Of a DNA stretch of 64,000 nt, positions 42,859 to 51,515 are shown piece by piece. Below the pieces are notes generated by a model. It worked only from the letters and a program-made list of their open reading frames with translations, ran no database searches and was not told the DNA's origin. A program made the position numbers and the translations under genes. The DNA comes from a virus. Every line of letters begins with the position of its first letter. Positions within the stretch are counted from its first letter, which is position 1. The stretch is taken from positions 1 to 64,000 of IMG/VR virus record IMGVR_UViG_3300032820_000003, one strand, 5' to 3'.

Positions 42859-45212
42859 TAATCACGCTCCCCGTAAAGTAACCATTTAAAATCTGTATCA
42901 TCAGGAACAGTCTTAAATGTCTCTTTATTATACTTGATATAATCCTCTGGGTCAATAGTAACAGGTGGTCTACGTCCACCAATTTCAAATTGTTTTAGTT
43001 CCCCGTTCTCAAAAGCGTCTAGATTTATTTTACCATGAAACCTATTCCATGAATTAGCTTTTAATCCAGCCGCTACTTCTCGATTTCCTGACGCTTTAGA
43101 TTGAGCCTTTACCGTCTCATTACTATTAGCATGTGTTCCGATTGCCATATAATGAAGGAAATCTTTCATAACAGCCTCATGATCATCAGTATGTAATAAA
43201 TTCAGAATCTCTTTACGAGCAGCTTTAGGACTATCATTATTCTTTGCTAATGCCCATCGAGCAAAAGTCGGCATGACATGCCCATAACCTACATAAGAAG
43301 TTAAATGTTCTAGATTAGCGGCTTCTTCTCTTGAAGCTGCTTTAATATCATTCCCATACCGATTAGATAGTATAATATGGGATACTGCTTCTGTCGGAGC
43401 CTCGTCCATAAAGACTTCAAAATGTTTAGTATCAAACTTCATCTCCTTATTAGAAGCGTTTGAAAAAGGACTCTTCATACCAAATCTTTTTACGTGTTGA
43501 ATGCCTGTAATATCTCCCTTCATCAAACCCGCCATCCAATGAGAATCCCGTTTCCCCTCTCCATGTGCTGCTGCATGTACCATTTCATGTGTAAGAGTAT
43601 GCATTGCATCAAAAAACAAAGTATCATCATCACCATATAAATCAGCTACCATATAAGGATTCAAAGTAATATGATGGTCACTTGGTGTATAATAACCACC
43701 TAAGTGTTTATCTTCAACTTCTAATTTCATCTGATTCTTTTCCCAATCCATAAATTCCTTAGTAAGAAAAGCAGCTTCCTTATCTTTATCTGGATTAGCT
43801 TTTAAGTAATCATCAATAAAATTTTGCCCCCATTTAGAGTTTTCAAATGTCTCTCTTGCCTTTCTTCGTACCCTACTTTCAAACCTATATTTATTACCTA
43901 TATAATGCGTCTTCCCATCTATGTCTTCATATTCCTCATGATTAAGTTGTACATCCGCTTGCATGTCTATTTCAACCCCATCCACTTTAGGTTTAGAACT
44001 AAATAATTTAATTAATTGCTCAACACCCTCATTCATTAATTTTTCTTGTGCTAGTAGAGCCTGTTCGTGGTCAGAGTGTGCTTTATCCAAAGCACTTTCA
44101 GTTCGTGTTACATCTGGAAAATCTAGTACGGTTTTATTATAAGCTTCCACACTTTCAAATATACTACTCTCTAAATCCTCTAATGAGTTAGCCATACGAT
44201 ATGCACTTGAAAGAGAAGCCTTCTCTGCCTCCTTTATTTTCTCAACTAAGGGTGCTATATGGTCTGCATGATATGTTTTTAATTGGTCAGAAATCTCTTC
44301 AAATTTTCGACCAGCTTCATGATATGCTGGATCAAAATTCGCTCCATCGGGTGTAGGATCACCTATGTAATATAAACCTTTTCTCGGCCCCCGAATAATT
44401 TTAGTTCCTTCAGGGGCTTGACTAACGTCTCGTATTTGAACCTTGTCTTCAGGCATTGGCCCCATTGTAGTGGTATCCCAATCCATTATTGTTCCTGTCT
44501 CAGTATCATCTGGAGAATCATCTACAACAACAGATTGATCAGCTGAAGTCTCAGCATCAGGCTTTTCAATTTCTTCCTCATCCTCACCCGCTTTTAAGAT
44601 AACCTCTAAACCTCGTTGTCGAGCAATATCAATAAACTTAGATAACCAAAAATCGGGCATATCAAATAGATCAACTTGTTTTTGAACGTTCTTTTCTACA
44701 AACTCTGTAGGTTGAGTATTACGTTTCTTTTTCCAATCAATACGTTTTGGGCCAAGTAAACCTCCATGTGTAGGAGGATATGATGGATGATTAGTACTTC
44801 TACCTTGTTGATAGTTCATTAGTTTTTGAACAGCACTTTCTTCCTTGTCATCATCTTCAACCTGTTCATCCCAATAAGCACCACGTTTTAAAGAATCACC
44901 TTGAGGGTTACCAAAGGAAAGGTCTTTATCAAGCTTCCTATTTTTACTGCGGGCGATAGTAGGTTTGGTTCCTTCTTGTTGACCACCTCGGCCCCAACCA
45001 CCCATAGCTTTCTTATAACGAAAACCTTGTTGACGTTCTTCATCAGCATTACCATGTTTATCATCGTCTGTAGAACCACGAGGATTAGTTAGCCATGCTT
45101 TTGTATAGCCTGAAGCGTAAGCAGCTTGAGCAACTTCCTCTGCCTTCTGCTTAGAATCGAATGGGCCTTGCTTACCCCAATACCATTTACCATCCTTTTT
45201 TCGGACTGGCAT
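42858..45212 (-). CDS. Multi-domain putative internal virion protein with C-terminal zincin (HExxH) metallopeptidase
   Basis: Directly after portal; GGYY....HITL, THEMVH, downstream DEAPTE. Confidence 0.7.
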   Translation of the reverse strand: MPVRKKDGKWYWGKQGPFDSKQKAEEVAQAAYASGYTKAWLTNPRGSTDDDKHGNADEERQQGFRYKKAMGGWGRGGQQEGTKPTIARSKNRKLDKDLSFGNPQGDSLKRGAYWDEQVEDDDKEESAVQKLMNYQQGRSTNHPSYPPTHGGLLGPKRIDWKKKRNTQPTEFVEKNVQKQVDLFDMPDFWLSKFIDIARQRGLEVILKAGEDEEEIEKPDAETSADQSVVVDDSPDDTETGTIMDWDTTTMGPMPEDKVQIRDVSQAPEGTKIIRGPRKGLYYIGDPTPDGANFDPAYHEAGRKFEEISDQLKTYHADHIAPLVEKIKEAEKASLSSAYRMANSLEDLESSIFESVEAYNKTVLDFPDVTRTESALDKAHSDHEQALLAQEKLMNEGVEQLIKLFSSKPKVDGVEIDMQADVQLNHEEYEDIDGKTHYIGNKYRFESRVRRKARETFENSKWGQNFIDDYLKANPDKDKEAAFLTKEFMDWEKNQMKLEVEDKHLGGYYTPSDHHITLNPYMVADLYGDDDTLFFDAMHTLTHEMVHAAAHGEGKRDSHWMAGLMKGDITGIQHVKRFGMKSPFSNASNKEMKFDTKHFEVFMDEAPTEAVSHIILSNRYGNDIKAASREEAANLEHLTSYVGYGHVMPTFARWALAKNNDSPKAARKEILNLLHTDDHEAVMKDFLHYMAIGTHANSNETVKAQSKASGNREVAAGLKANSWNRFHGKINLDAFENGELKQFEIGGRRPPVTIDPEDYIKYNKETFKTVPDDTDFKWLLYGERD

Positions 45213-45213
45213 A

Positions 45214-47187
45214 TTAAATGTCCTCTGTAATATCTATAACAGATGGGGTTTCATCAATTGGTGTCTTAGGTCGTTCAGGTTTAGTATTACTGAAAGTAGC
45301 TTTCTCTACTGATAATACTCCATGCATTCCAAGATCGGCTACATAATCAATACCATTCTGTAAGAACCATAGTTTTGTACCATCAGGACTTATCTGTTTA
45401 ACGACAGGACTAGAAAAACCTTTGTTCATTAAGTCTCCCATCCATGTCTTATTCATTGCCCCACCAACTTCTTTATATCCGAACTGACGATTCTCTGCTT
45501 TCTTGGCTCGTGCCTCTGCATACTCATCAATATCACGTTCTTCATTGGGGGCTTTATCATGCCAGTCAGGAGTTCGTCCTGCGGTTCGTCCTTCAAACTT
45601 TCCATCAGCTTTAAGCATTGCCTGAATAGGGGTTCCTTCTTCGCCACTCGGAGGGGCAGGAAGTCCACCTTCACCTCCACCTTGAGTAGCTGCCATCTGT
45701 TGTTCCTGCATCTGCTGTTGGGCTTGAGCCATTTGATATTGTTGTTCTTGTTGAGCCAACTGCATAGCTTGTTGTTCAGCTTGCATCTGAGCAGCAGGAA
45801 CCATTTCACCGCTAATAATAAATTCGGCATCCTCCATTGGAACACCTTCTTCTTTTAAGGTAAACATAAATCCTAGTTGTGACATAGTTTGCATTACTTG
45901 CGCCCGTTGCTGAATAAAACTGATTTTCGTAGCTTCAGCTTTTTCTTCAGGATTTGGCATCTCCAATGTCCAATCAGTTACACCGAAAGCCTCTAATAAA
46001 GCAGGAACAACCTTTTGATGAATCAATCGTTGATCACTCTCTACTACTCGACTCATAACAACTAATTGTTGGGTTTGTGTTGATAGTCCGCCGAAAGCTT
46101 CAGGTGCGCCTTGCCATGCAGGAGTAACACCCCACATAGCAGCAATTCGTTCTCGTATTTCCTCTCTAACAGGTAAATAGTCCATCTCTTGTAATGTATG
46201 GAATAGCCTTACAAGGTCTACTCGACCCCTCTGACTTCTAGCAGATACGGCTACCATTGGAATAAAGTTAGGATCAATACGAGTTTGGGCTGCGATATGT
46301 TCTCGTTCTCTACGTAAGCTTTCAGGATCATCAGTTGTTACCATGATCATAGAAGCGGGCATTTTCCTCTCAAAGAAATAACGGTATAGATTTTTATCCA
46401 TACCAATTAAAGTTAACCCTTTTTCAAAGATCGTAAGAATCGGACTCCAACCATAAGTTTCTGAAGGAGCGAACTTAGATACGTGGATAACTTCGTGTTC
46501 CAACAAATACAGGTGTTGATTTCTATGATAGTATTTATACATGACTGGTTGCAGTTCTCTCTTACAACCGATTTCTTCACAAGTTCCCGGCCCTTCTGAG
46601 AGTTCTTCTCTGTGGATTGGGCATATAAAATGTGCGTTTTTAGGTAAGCCAGCTGTGTCAAGGTCAAACTCGACAAGGGCTGGATTAAGTCGTCTGATCT
46701 CTTTGACTTTGGATCGGAGGACATCCCCATCACTATAATACTCCTTTGCAATATATAGGAACGCATCATCAATTGAATTCAAATCAAAATGGAATTGTCT
46801 CATAACTTCTTCCAAACTCTGGGAGAAGATATTACAATTCTTCATAAATTTGTCAAGTAAATCTTTTTGTTCAGTATCAGGATCATCAGTTAAAGCTTTC
46901 CACTCTAAGCCCCTCCTAAAAACCTCATTTGTAATATGGTTTAAAGGAGATCGTATTTCCTGTACCGACATAACAATAGTTTGTAAGTCCATAACTAATT
47001 GTTGTCTGTAAGCCATTTGGTGGCGTACCCAAGTATTGACTACGTGATCAAGTCCTATACTTGGAGCCGTTCCAGTCTCTGCACCATTACTAGCTTTCAT
47101 TAACTGCATCATATCAATCTGTTGATTTAGATTAGTTAATTGTTGTGCTAGTTGTGGCACTTCTGGTAAATATTCTGATAATTTCAT
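45214..47187 (-). CDS. Portal protein
   Basis: 657 aa; EVIH, YGWSPI, YF....P, RE.IAA.WGV.P motifs; Q-rich tail. Confidence 0.85.
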   Translation of the reverse strand: MKLSEYLPEVPQLAQQLTNLNQQIDMMQLMKASNGAETGTAPSIGLDHVVNTWVRHQMAYRQQLVMDLQTIVMSVQEIRSPLNHITNEVFRRGLEWKALTDDPDTEQKDLLDKFMKNCNIFSQSLEEVMRQFHFDLNSIDDAFLYIAKEYYSDGDVLRSKVKEIRRLNPALVEFDLDTAGLPKNAHFICPIHREELSEGPGTCEEIGCKRELQPVMYKYYHRNQHLYLLEHEVIHVSKFAPSETYGWSPILTIFEKGLTLIGMDKNLYRYFFERKMPASMIMVTTDDPESLRREREHIAAQTRIDPNFIPMVAVSARSQRGRVDLVRLFHTLQEMDYLPVREEIRERIAAMWGVTPAWQGAPEAFGGLSTQTQQLVVMSRVVESDQRLIHQKVVPALLEAFGVTDWTLEMPNPEEKAEATKISFIQQRAQVMQTMSQLGFMFTLKEEGVPMEDAEFIISGEMVPAAQMQAEQQAMQLAQQEQQYQMAQAQQQMQEQQMAATQGGGEGGLPAPPSGEEGTPIQAMLKADGKFEGRTAGRTPDWHDKAPNEERDIDEYAEARAKKAENRQFGYKEVGGAMNKTWMGDLMNKGFSSPVVKQISPDGTKLWFLQNGIDYVADLGMHGVLSVEKATFSNTKPERPKTPIDETPSVIDITEDI

Positions 47188-47190
47188 TTA

Positions 47191-47631
47191 TTATTCCCTA
47201 CCTAAATTAGTCATATCTTGCATTGATACTAATTTTAGAATTGATTGCATTGCTTTTTCCTTCAATTCATAATCTTCTGAATGAGAGACATCTCTAAGTA
47301 CTTGAGATTTTCTTTCTTCCAAAAGTAAAATTTGTTCATGTAATTTTTGTATCTCCTGATCTTTTTCTAAGATCGTAGCTTCTAGTTCCGCTTCACCCGT
47401 TCCAAAATTAGCGTTTGCTAAAACTCCTGTTCGGGCTGCCTCTTTAACGATTGAGATAAATTCTCCTTCCGTTAATATCTTTACTGCTTCACTATCATCA
47501 TCGATTTCATCTTCAGGCTGTAAAGATTTTAAATCTTCGTGCCATGTATCTAATATACGCCATGTATTTGTAAGATCATCCTTAATTGCTACATATTGTA
47601 CTTCTCTATCTCTTAACATATTCCCTATCAT
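47191..47631 (-). CDS. Hypothetical protein with coiled coil
   Basis: 146 aa, AAGGAG RBS. Confidence 0.7.
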   Translation of the reverse strand: MIGNMLRDREVQYVAIKDDLTNTWRILDTWHEDLKSLQPEDEIDDDSEAVKILTEGEFISIVKEAARTGVLANANFGTGEAELEATILEKDQEIQKLHEQILLLEERKSQVLRDVSHSEDYELKEKAMQSILKLVSMQDMTNLGRE

Positions 47632-47650
47632 TTTACTTCTCTCCTTAAAT

Positions 47651-47881
47651 CTATTCTAAAGCTGCTGTTAATTTCTGCGGACTAAAGCCCACAATCATTG
47701 TCTCCTTATCAATTACAGTTACTGGTGTAACTCTAAATCCCATTCGTACTAAATCATCTGCATACTCAGGATTTGTTGAAACATTGTATTCTGTAAAATC
47801 GTACTTCCTATCTTTTAACCACATCTTGGTCATAGCACATGGGCCTCAACCATTTGATGTAAAGACGGTTATATTCTTCAT
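47651..47881 (-). CDS. nrdH: NrdH/glutaredoxin-like redoxin, probable selenoprotein (UGPC)
   Basis: AAGGAGG RBS + ATG 47881; MKNITVFTSNG-[TGA]-GPC-AMTKMWL...TPV...VGFSP; TGA at 47848-47846 occupies the first Cys position. Confidence 0.85.
47808..47835 (-). promoter_or_regulatory. Putative bacterial-type SECIS hairpin
   Basis: CUAU-GACCA-[AGAUG]-UGGUU-(AAAAG)-AUAG; loop starts 19 nt after the UGA, G at loop position 2. Confidence 0.6.
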
Positions 47882-47988
47882 TGCGCCTCCTTACGTTGTT
47901 TTCTCTCACAAACATAACATAGTCTGCGTTCTTTCTTCACATGTAGTTTAACACCACATTTACATTTTGTCCAGTTTCTTCTAGCCAT
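47878..47988 (-). CDS. 36-aa Zn-ribbon peptide
   Basis: MARRNWTKCKCGVKLHVKKERRLCYVCERKQRKEAQ; ATGA overlap with the redoxin start. Confidence 0.55.
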   Translation of the reverse strand: MARRNWTKCKCGVKLHVKKERRLCYVCERKQRKEAQ

Positions 47989-48088
47989 TTAACACCTCTG
48001 ATACAATAGTTCCTACTAAAACTAAGACGGCGATGAGGACTGTTACTTGTATTAACAGCCCCCATAAATCTGAGTTCTTCCAACCCAT
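47981..48088 (-). CDS. 35-aa single-TM peptide
   Basis: MGWKNSDLWGLLIQVTVLIAVLVLVGTIVSEVLNG. Confidence 0.45.
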   Translation of the reverse strand: MGWKNSDLWGLLIQVTVLIAVLVLVGTIVSEVLNG

Positions 48089-48096
48089 AATACCAT

Positions 48097-49536
48097 CTAC
48101 TCGTTAGTTAATGTTTCAGTAGGTGCGCCAATAGCAACTTCAACGTTGTCAGATACATTCCAATTGGCTGCTGTCACACTTTGATGTATCTTAAATTCCT
48201 TAGTAGCAAATCCGTCTGAGGCTCCAGCATTACCACCGCCCCCTATTTCATTAAGTTTAATAGTCATAGTACCAACTTTCATTCGGTCAAATATACAAGC
48301 ACCACCTTCCGTATACAAATTACTTAAAGTTAGCTTATCTATCTTACCATTTTTTGCACTTGTAGGGGCATCGATATGGATTCTATCGTACGATCCGCCT
48401 GAAGTCACCATTGCTTCAGCCTGATGATGACCTCCACCGACTGCCCTCATTCTTGAGGTTCCCGGTGTAGTATTTATTGATTGACCATCTGAAGCGTTTC
48501 CAAGTACGTTGATCGTATGCGCTGTTATATTATCAAAATACATCATCGTACATCTTGACTTTTCGATCAGTAATTCTCCTACCTCTAGGAAGGTAGGGAC
48601 AGCGTTCTCTCCAGCTACTACTGTACCCCCAATCAATACTGCTGTAGCCGAAGCCGCAGTACCGCCAGCAGACGTATGTGCTGATGAAGGTATAGCTGAA
48701 CCGTTATATACAGTTCCTACAGATACATTCTCTATTTTAATTTCTCTTACTGGTGTATCAGATAGAACAATTCGTAACGTATTATCTTCTTTATTCTCTT
48801 TCCTCCACGCCATTGTTTGTTCTAATGTAGGAGATGGATGTTCAGCGGGAGCAGCATATATGCCTGAGTCTCCATTTGTGAAGCTTCTATCGGCTAAGAC
48901 CGTCTCATTTACAACAACTCCAGTACCCGCAGTACCACCTACTGCTAATAAACCAATAGCCATCTGTGGGCTTAGACCCATCATTCTCAAGAACGAATAT
49001 GGAGACATCATAATTTTAAAGGTTGTCTTCCATTTCGCTGACTCAGAATTCAAATATTCAATCTTGGCTAATAGCCAATTTCTCCATACGGTAATCTTTC
49101 TATATAGAGCAATTGGTGATCTAATAACTGCCATTGGAGCAGCTTTAATTGTTTGCCACCACGCTCTGAAATTACTTACATGTAATAGTAATCCAAGTAC
49201 AATTAAACCTGACGATGCAGCAACTGTATTTATTAGATTTGCTTGTAAGTAAACAACAAAATCAAAAAGCCTATTTGCTATACTAAGGGATATATAAGGG
49301 GCGAGTGCAGGGATCGGATTAATATACGAACACAGCAAACCAAAACCGCCCATTAATACTAATAATGCCGTATTTATCGCCCCCAAAGTTGTAGCTATCC
49401 GTTTTACAGGAAGAACCAACGTTGGTAAGGTAATATGTGGCAAACTAAAACTAATCTTTGGTAACTTAATAGTCGGCATTTTAAATTCAGGTATTGCTAT
49501 AACTGATAAAATACTCTTTAAAAACCGTTGTATCAT
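48097..49536 (-). CDS. Membrane protein with beta-rich C-terminal domain
   Basis: 479 aa; ~3 hydrophobic segments then G/S/T-rich beta domain; late promoter at 49583-49592. Confidence 0.65.
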   Translation of the reverse strand: MIQRFLKSILSVIAIPEFKMPTIKLPKISFSLPHITLPTLVLPVKRIATTLGAINTALLVLMGGFGLLCSYINPIPALAPYISLSIANRLFDFVVYLQANLINTVAASSGLIVLGLLLHVSNFRAWWQTIKAAPMAVIRSPIALYRKITVWRNWLLAKIEYLNSESAKWKTTFKIMMSPYSFLRMMGLSPQMAIGLLAVGGTAGTGVVVNETVLADRSFTNGDSGIYAAPAEHPSPTLEQTMAWRKENKEDNTLRIVLSDTPVREIKIENVSVGTVYNGSAIPSSAHTSAGGTAASATAVLIGGTVVAGENAVPTFLEVGELLIEKSRCTMMYFDNITAHTINVLGNASDGQSINTTPGTSRMRAVGGGHHQAEAMVTSGGSYDRIHIDAPTSAKNGKIDKLTLSNLYTEGGACIFDRMKVGTMTIKLNEIGGGGNAGASDGFATKEFKIHQSVTAANWNVSDNVEVAIGAPTETLTNE

Positions 49537-49604
49537 GCTCTCACCTCTCTTTCAGTACTAGGAAATAATAAATTCCCTACTTTATTATACTAGATAACTC
49601 CGAA

Positions 49605-51494
49605 TTATGCAATTTCACAAGCACTCCAATCACAAGATAAGCACTTATGACAACCGCTTTCATATATAATATTTGGATTTTCACAACAATCAAACGTCAT
49701 CTCTTCATTTTTAGTCCCTTTTACAAGGATTTCTTTTTCTCGACTTCCAGCCCTATAGACTGTAATTCCTTTACAATCAGTCTTCCATGCTAACATATAC
49801 GTCTCATATACATCCTCAATAGTTGCATCATTTGGCATATTAATAGTTTTAGAGATTCCTGAATCAACATGAGGTTGAAATGCTGCTTGCATTAAAACAT
49901 GTTCAGCAGGAGTTAGTTCTGGAGATGTAATATAGATTCGTTTTACATCATCAGGAACATCATCTCGATCTTGAAGACTACCCCCTTCAGCTAAAAAGTC
50001 CATTAAATCTTCTGAATAAAACTCTCGTTCTTTAGCTTCTTGCTCAAAGTATTTATTTACATACATTAATGTTTGAGCCTCTCCTGTCTCCTCTTTTAAA
50101 ATATTTTGTTTTCTCCATGCCAATGCAAACGTAGGTTCTATACCTGATGAACAGTCTGCTAACATAGATATAGTTCCTGTTGGAGCCACAGTCATACGAC
50201 AAGCATTTCGATACGCCTCAGTTACATGATTAAATGAACTCTGTTCCCATGCAGGAAAGGTTCCTCTTTTCGCTGCAAGATCGAGGGATGCTAAATCAGC
50301 TTCTCGTGTTATATATTGTATAAGTAATCCTGCAATCTTTCTTGCATCTTCACTATTATAAGGCACTCTTAATTGTATTAATAGATCAGCAAATCCCATT
50401 ATACCTACGCCAATCTTGCGAGTTGCTTTAGTCATCTGTTCAATTTCAGGAGTAGCATAATAATTTGCATCGATAACATTATCTAAGAAATTTACAGACA
50501 GTCTTGTAACTTTAGCTAATCGTTGCCAATCAATATGTTCCTCCCATGATAATGAACTATCCTCTGATACTAAACCTGATGCATCATAACTTGCAGCTTT
50601 CTGATAAAACTTGGCAACATTAATTGATCCTAAATTACATGATTCATTTCCAAGAAGTGGCTGTTCACCACATGGATTTGTTGCAATCATTTCACCATAT
50701 TGCCCTATAACTTTATTATCCCTATTAACTTGATCTAAGAAAATCATTCCGGGTTCACCGTTTCTCCATGCCCCCTCAACTATCTTATTAAAAACATATC
50801 TAGCAGAAACAGTATCGACTAAATGATTAGTATGTGGATCAATTAATCCATATGTCATATCATATTCAACCATTTTCATAAATCTAGAATCGACTCCGAC
50901 TGAAATATTGAAGTTATGAATGTCTCCTTCAGTAGCTTTACAAGCAATGAAATCTAAAATATCGGGATGATATACTGACATTACTGCCATATTAGCACCG
51001 TCACGTTTCCCAGCTTGCGTGACCATAGAAGATACTCGTGAAAGAGTCTTTAATACTTCAATCGGGCCACAGGCTTTACCATGAGTTGTTTTAATGCTAG
51101 TTCCTGCGGGACGTAAATGAGATAATGAAAAACCTGTCCCTCCTCCAAACTTCTGAACCATTGCCATATCATGAGCAGTTTTCATAATGTCCTGCATACT
51201 ATCCTCTAAAGGTAGTACAAAACATGCTGATAAAGTTCCTTGTTCAGTTCCAGCATTCATTAAAGTTGGAGAGTTTGGAACAAATTCTAATTTCTCCATT
51301 ATATCTATAAATTCCTGTTTAAGTAAATCCTTTTCAACAGGTAAAGTAAGGTAGTCATCTTCGACTTTCGCAATTGCTTCAGCCACCCGACTAAATAAAT
51401 CGTTTCCATCTTCGACAGTTTCCCCTTTATTATTTTTTAAATAGTAACGATTCCTCGCCACAGTTTCAGCATGTGGTGCTAACGTAGTTGTCAT
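49605..51494 (-). CDS. nrdJ: Class II (adenosylcobalamin-dependent) ribonucleotide reductase
   Basis: PNSPTLMNAG, LSACFV, TNPCGEQPL..ESCNLGS, APTGTIS, KGITVYR; no ATP cone; C-terminal Cys cluster; no NrdB in window. Confidence 0.92.
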   Translation of the reverse strand: MTTTLAPHAETVARNRYYLKNNKGETVEDGNDLFSRVAEAIAKVEDDYLTLPVEKDLLKQEFIDIMEKLEFVPNSPTLMNAGTEQGTLSACFVLPLEDSMQDIMKTAHDMAMVQKFGGGTGFSLSHLRPAGTSIKTTHGKACGPIEVLKTLSRVSSMVTQAGKRDGANMAVMSVYHPDILDFIACKATEGDIHNFNISVGVDSRFMKMVEYDMTYGLIDPHTNHLVDTVSARYVFNKIVEGAWRNGEPGMIFLDQVNRDNKVIGQYGEMIATNPCGEQPLLGNESCNLGSINVAKFYQKAASYDASGLVSEDSSLSWEEHIDWQRLAKVTRLSVNFLDNVIDANYYATPEIEQMTKATRKIGVGIMGFADLLIQLRVPYNSEDARKIAGLLIQYITREADLASLDLAAKRGTFPAWEQSSFNHVTEAYRNACRMTVAPTGTISMLADCSSGIEPTFALAWRKQNILKEETGEAQTLMYVNKYFEQEAKEREFYSEDLMDFLAEGGSLQDRDDVPDDVKRIYITSPELTPAEHVLMQAAFQPHVDSGISKTINMPNDATIEDVYETYMLAWKTDCKGITVYRAGSREKEILVKGTKNEEMTFDCCENPNIIYESGCHKCLSCDWSACEIA

Positions 51495-51515
51495 ATGTAT
51501 AAATCCTCCTTAAAA

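Noticed and set aside
47651-47881. Redoxin pseudogene
   Set aside because: Single stop precisely at the catalytic Cys, otherwise intact gene with strong RBS and SECIS-like hairpin. Selenoprotein is more parsimonious, though not proven.
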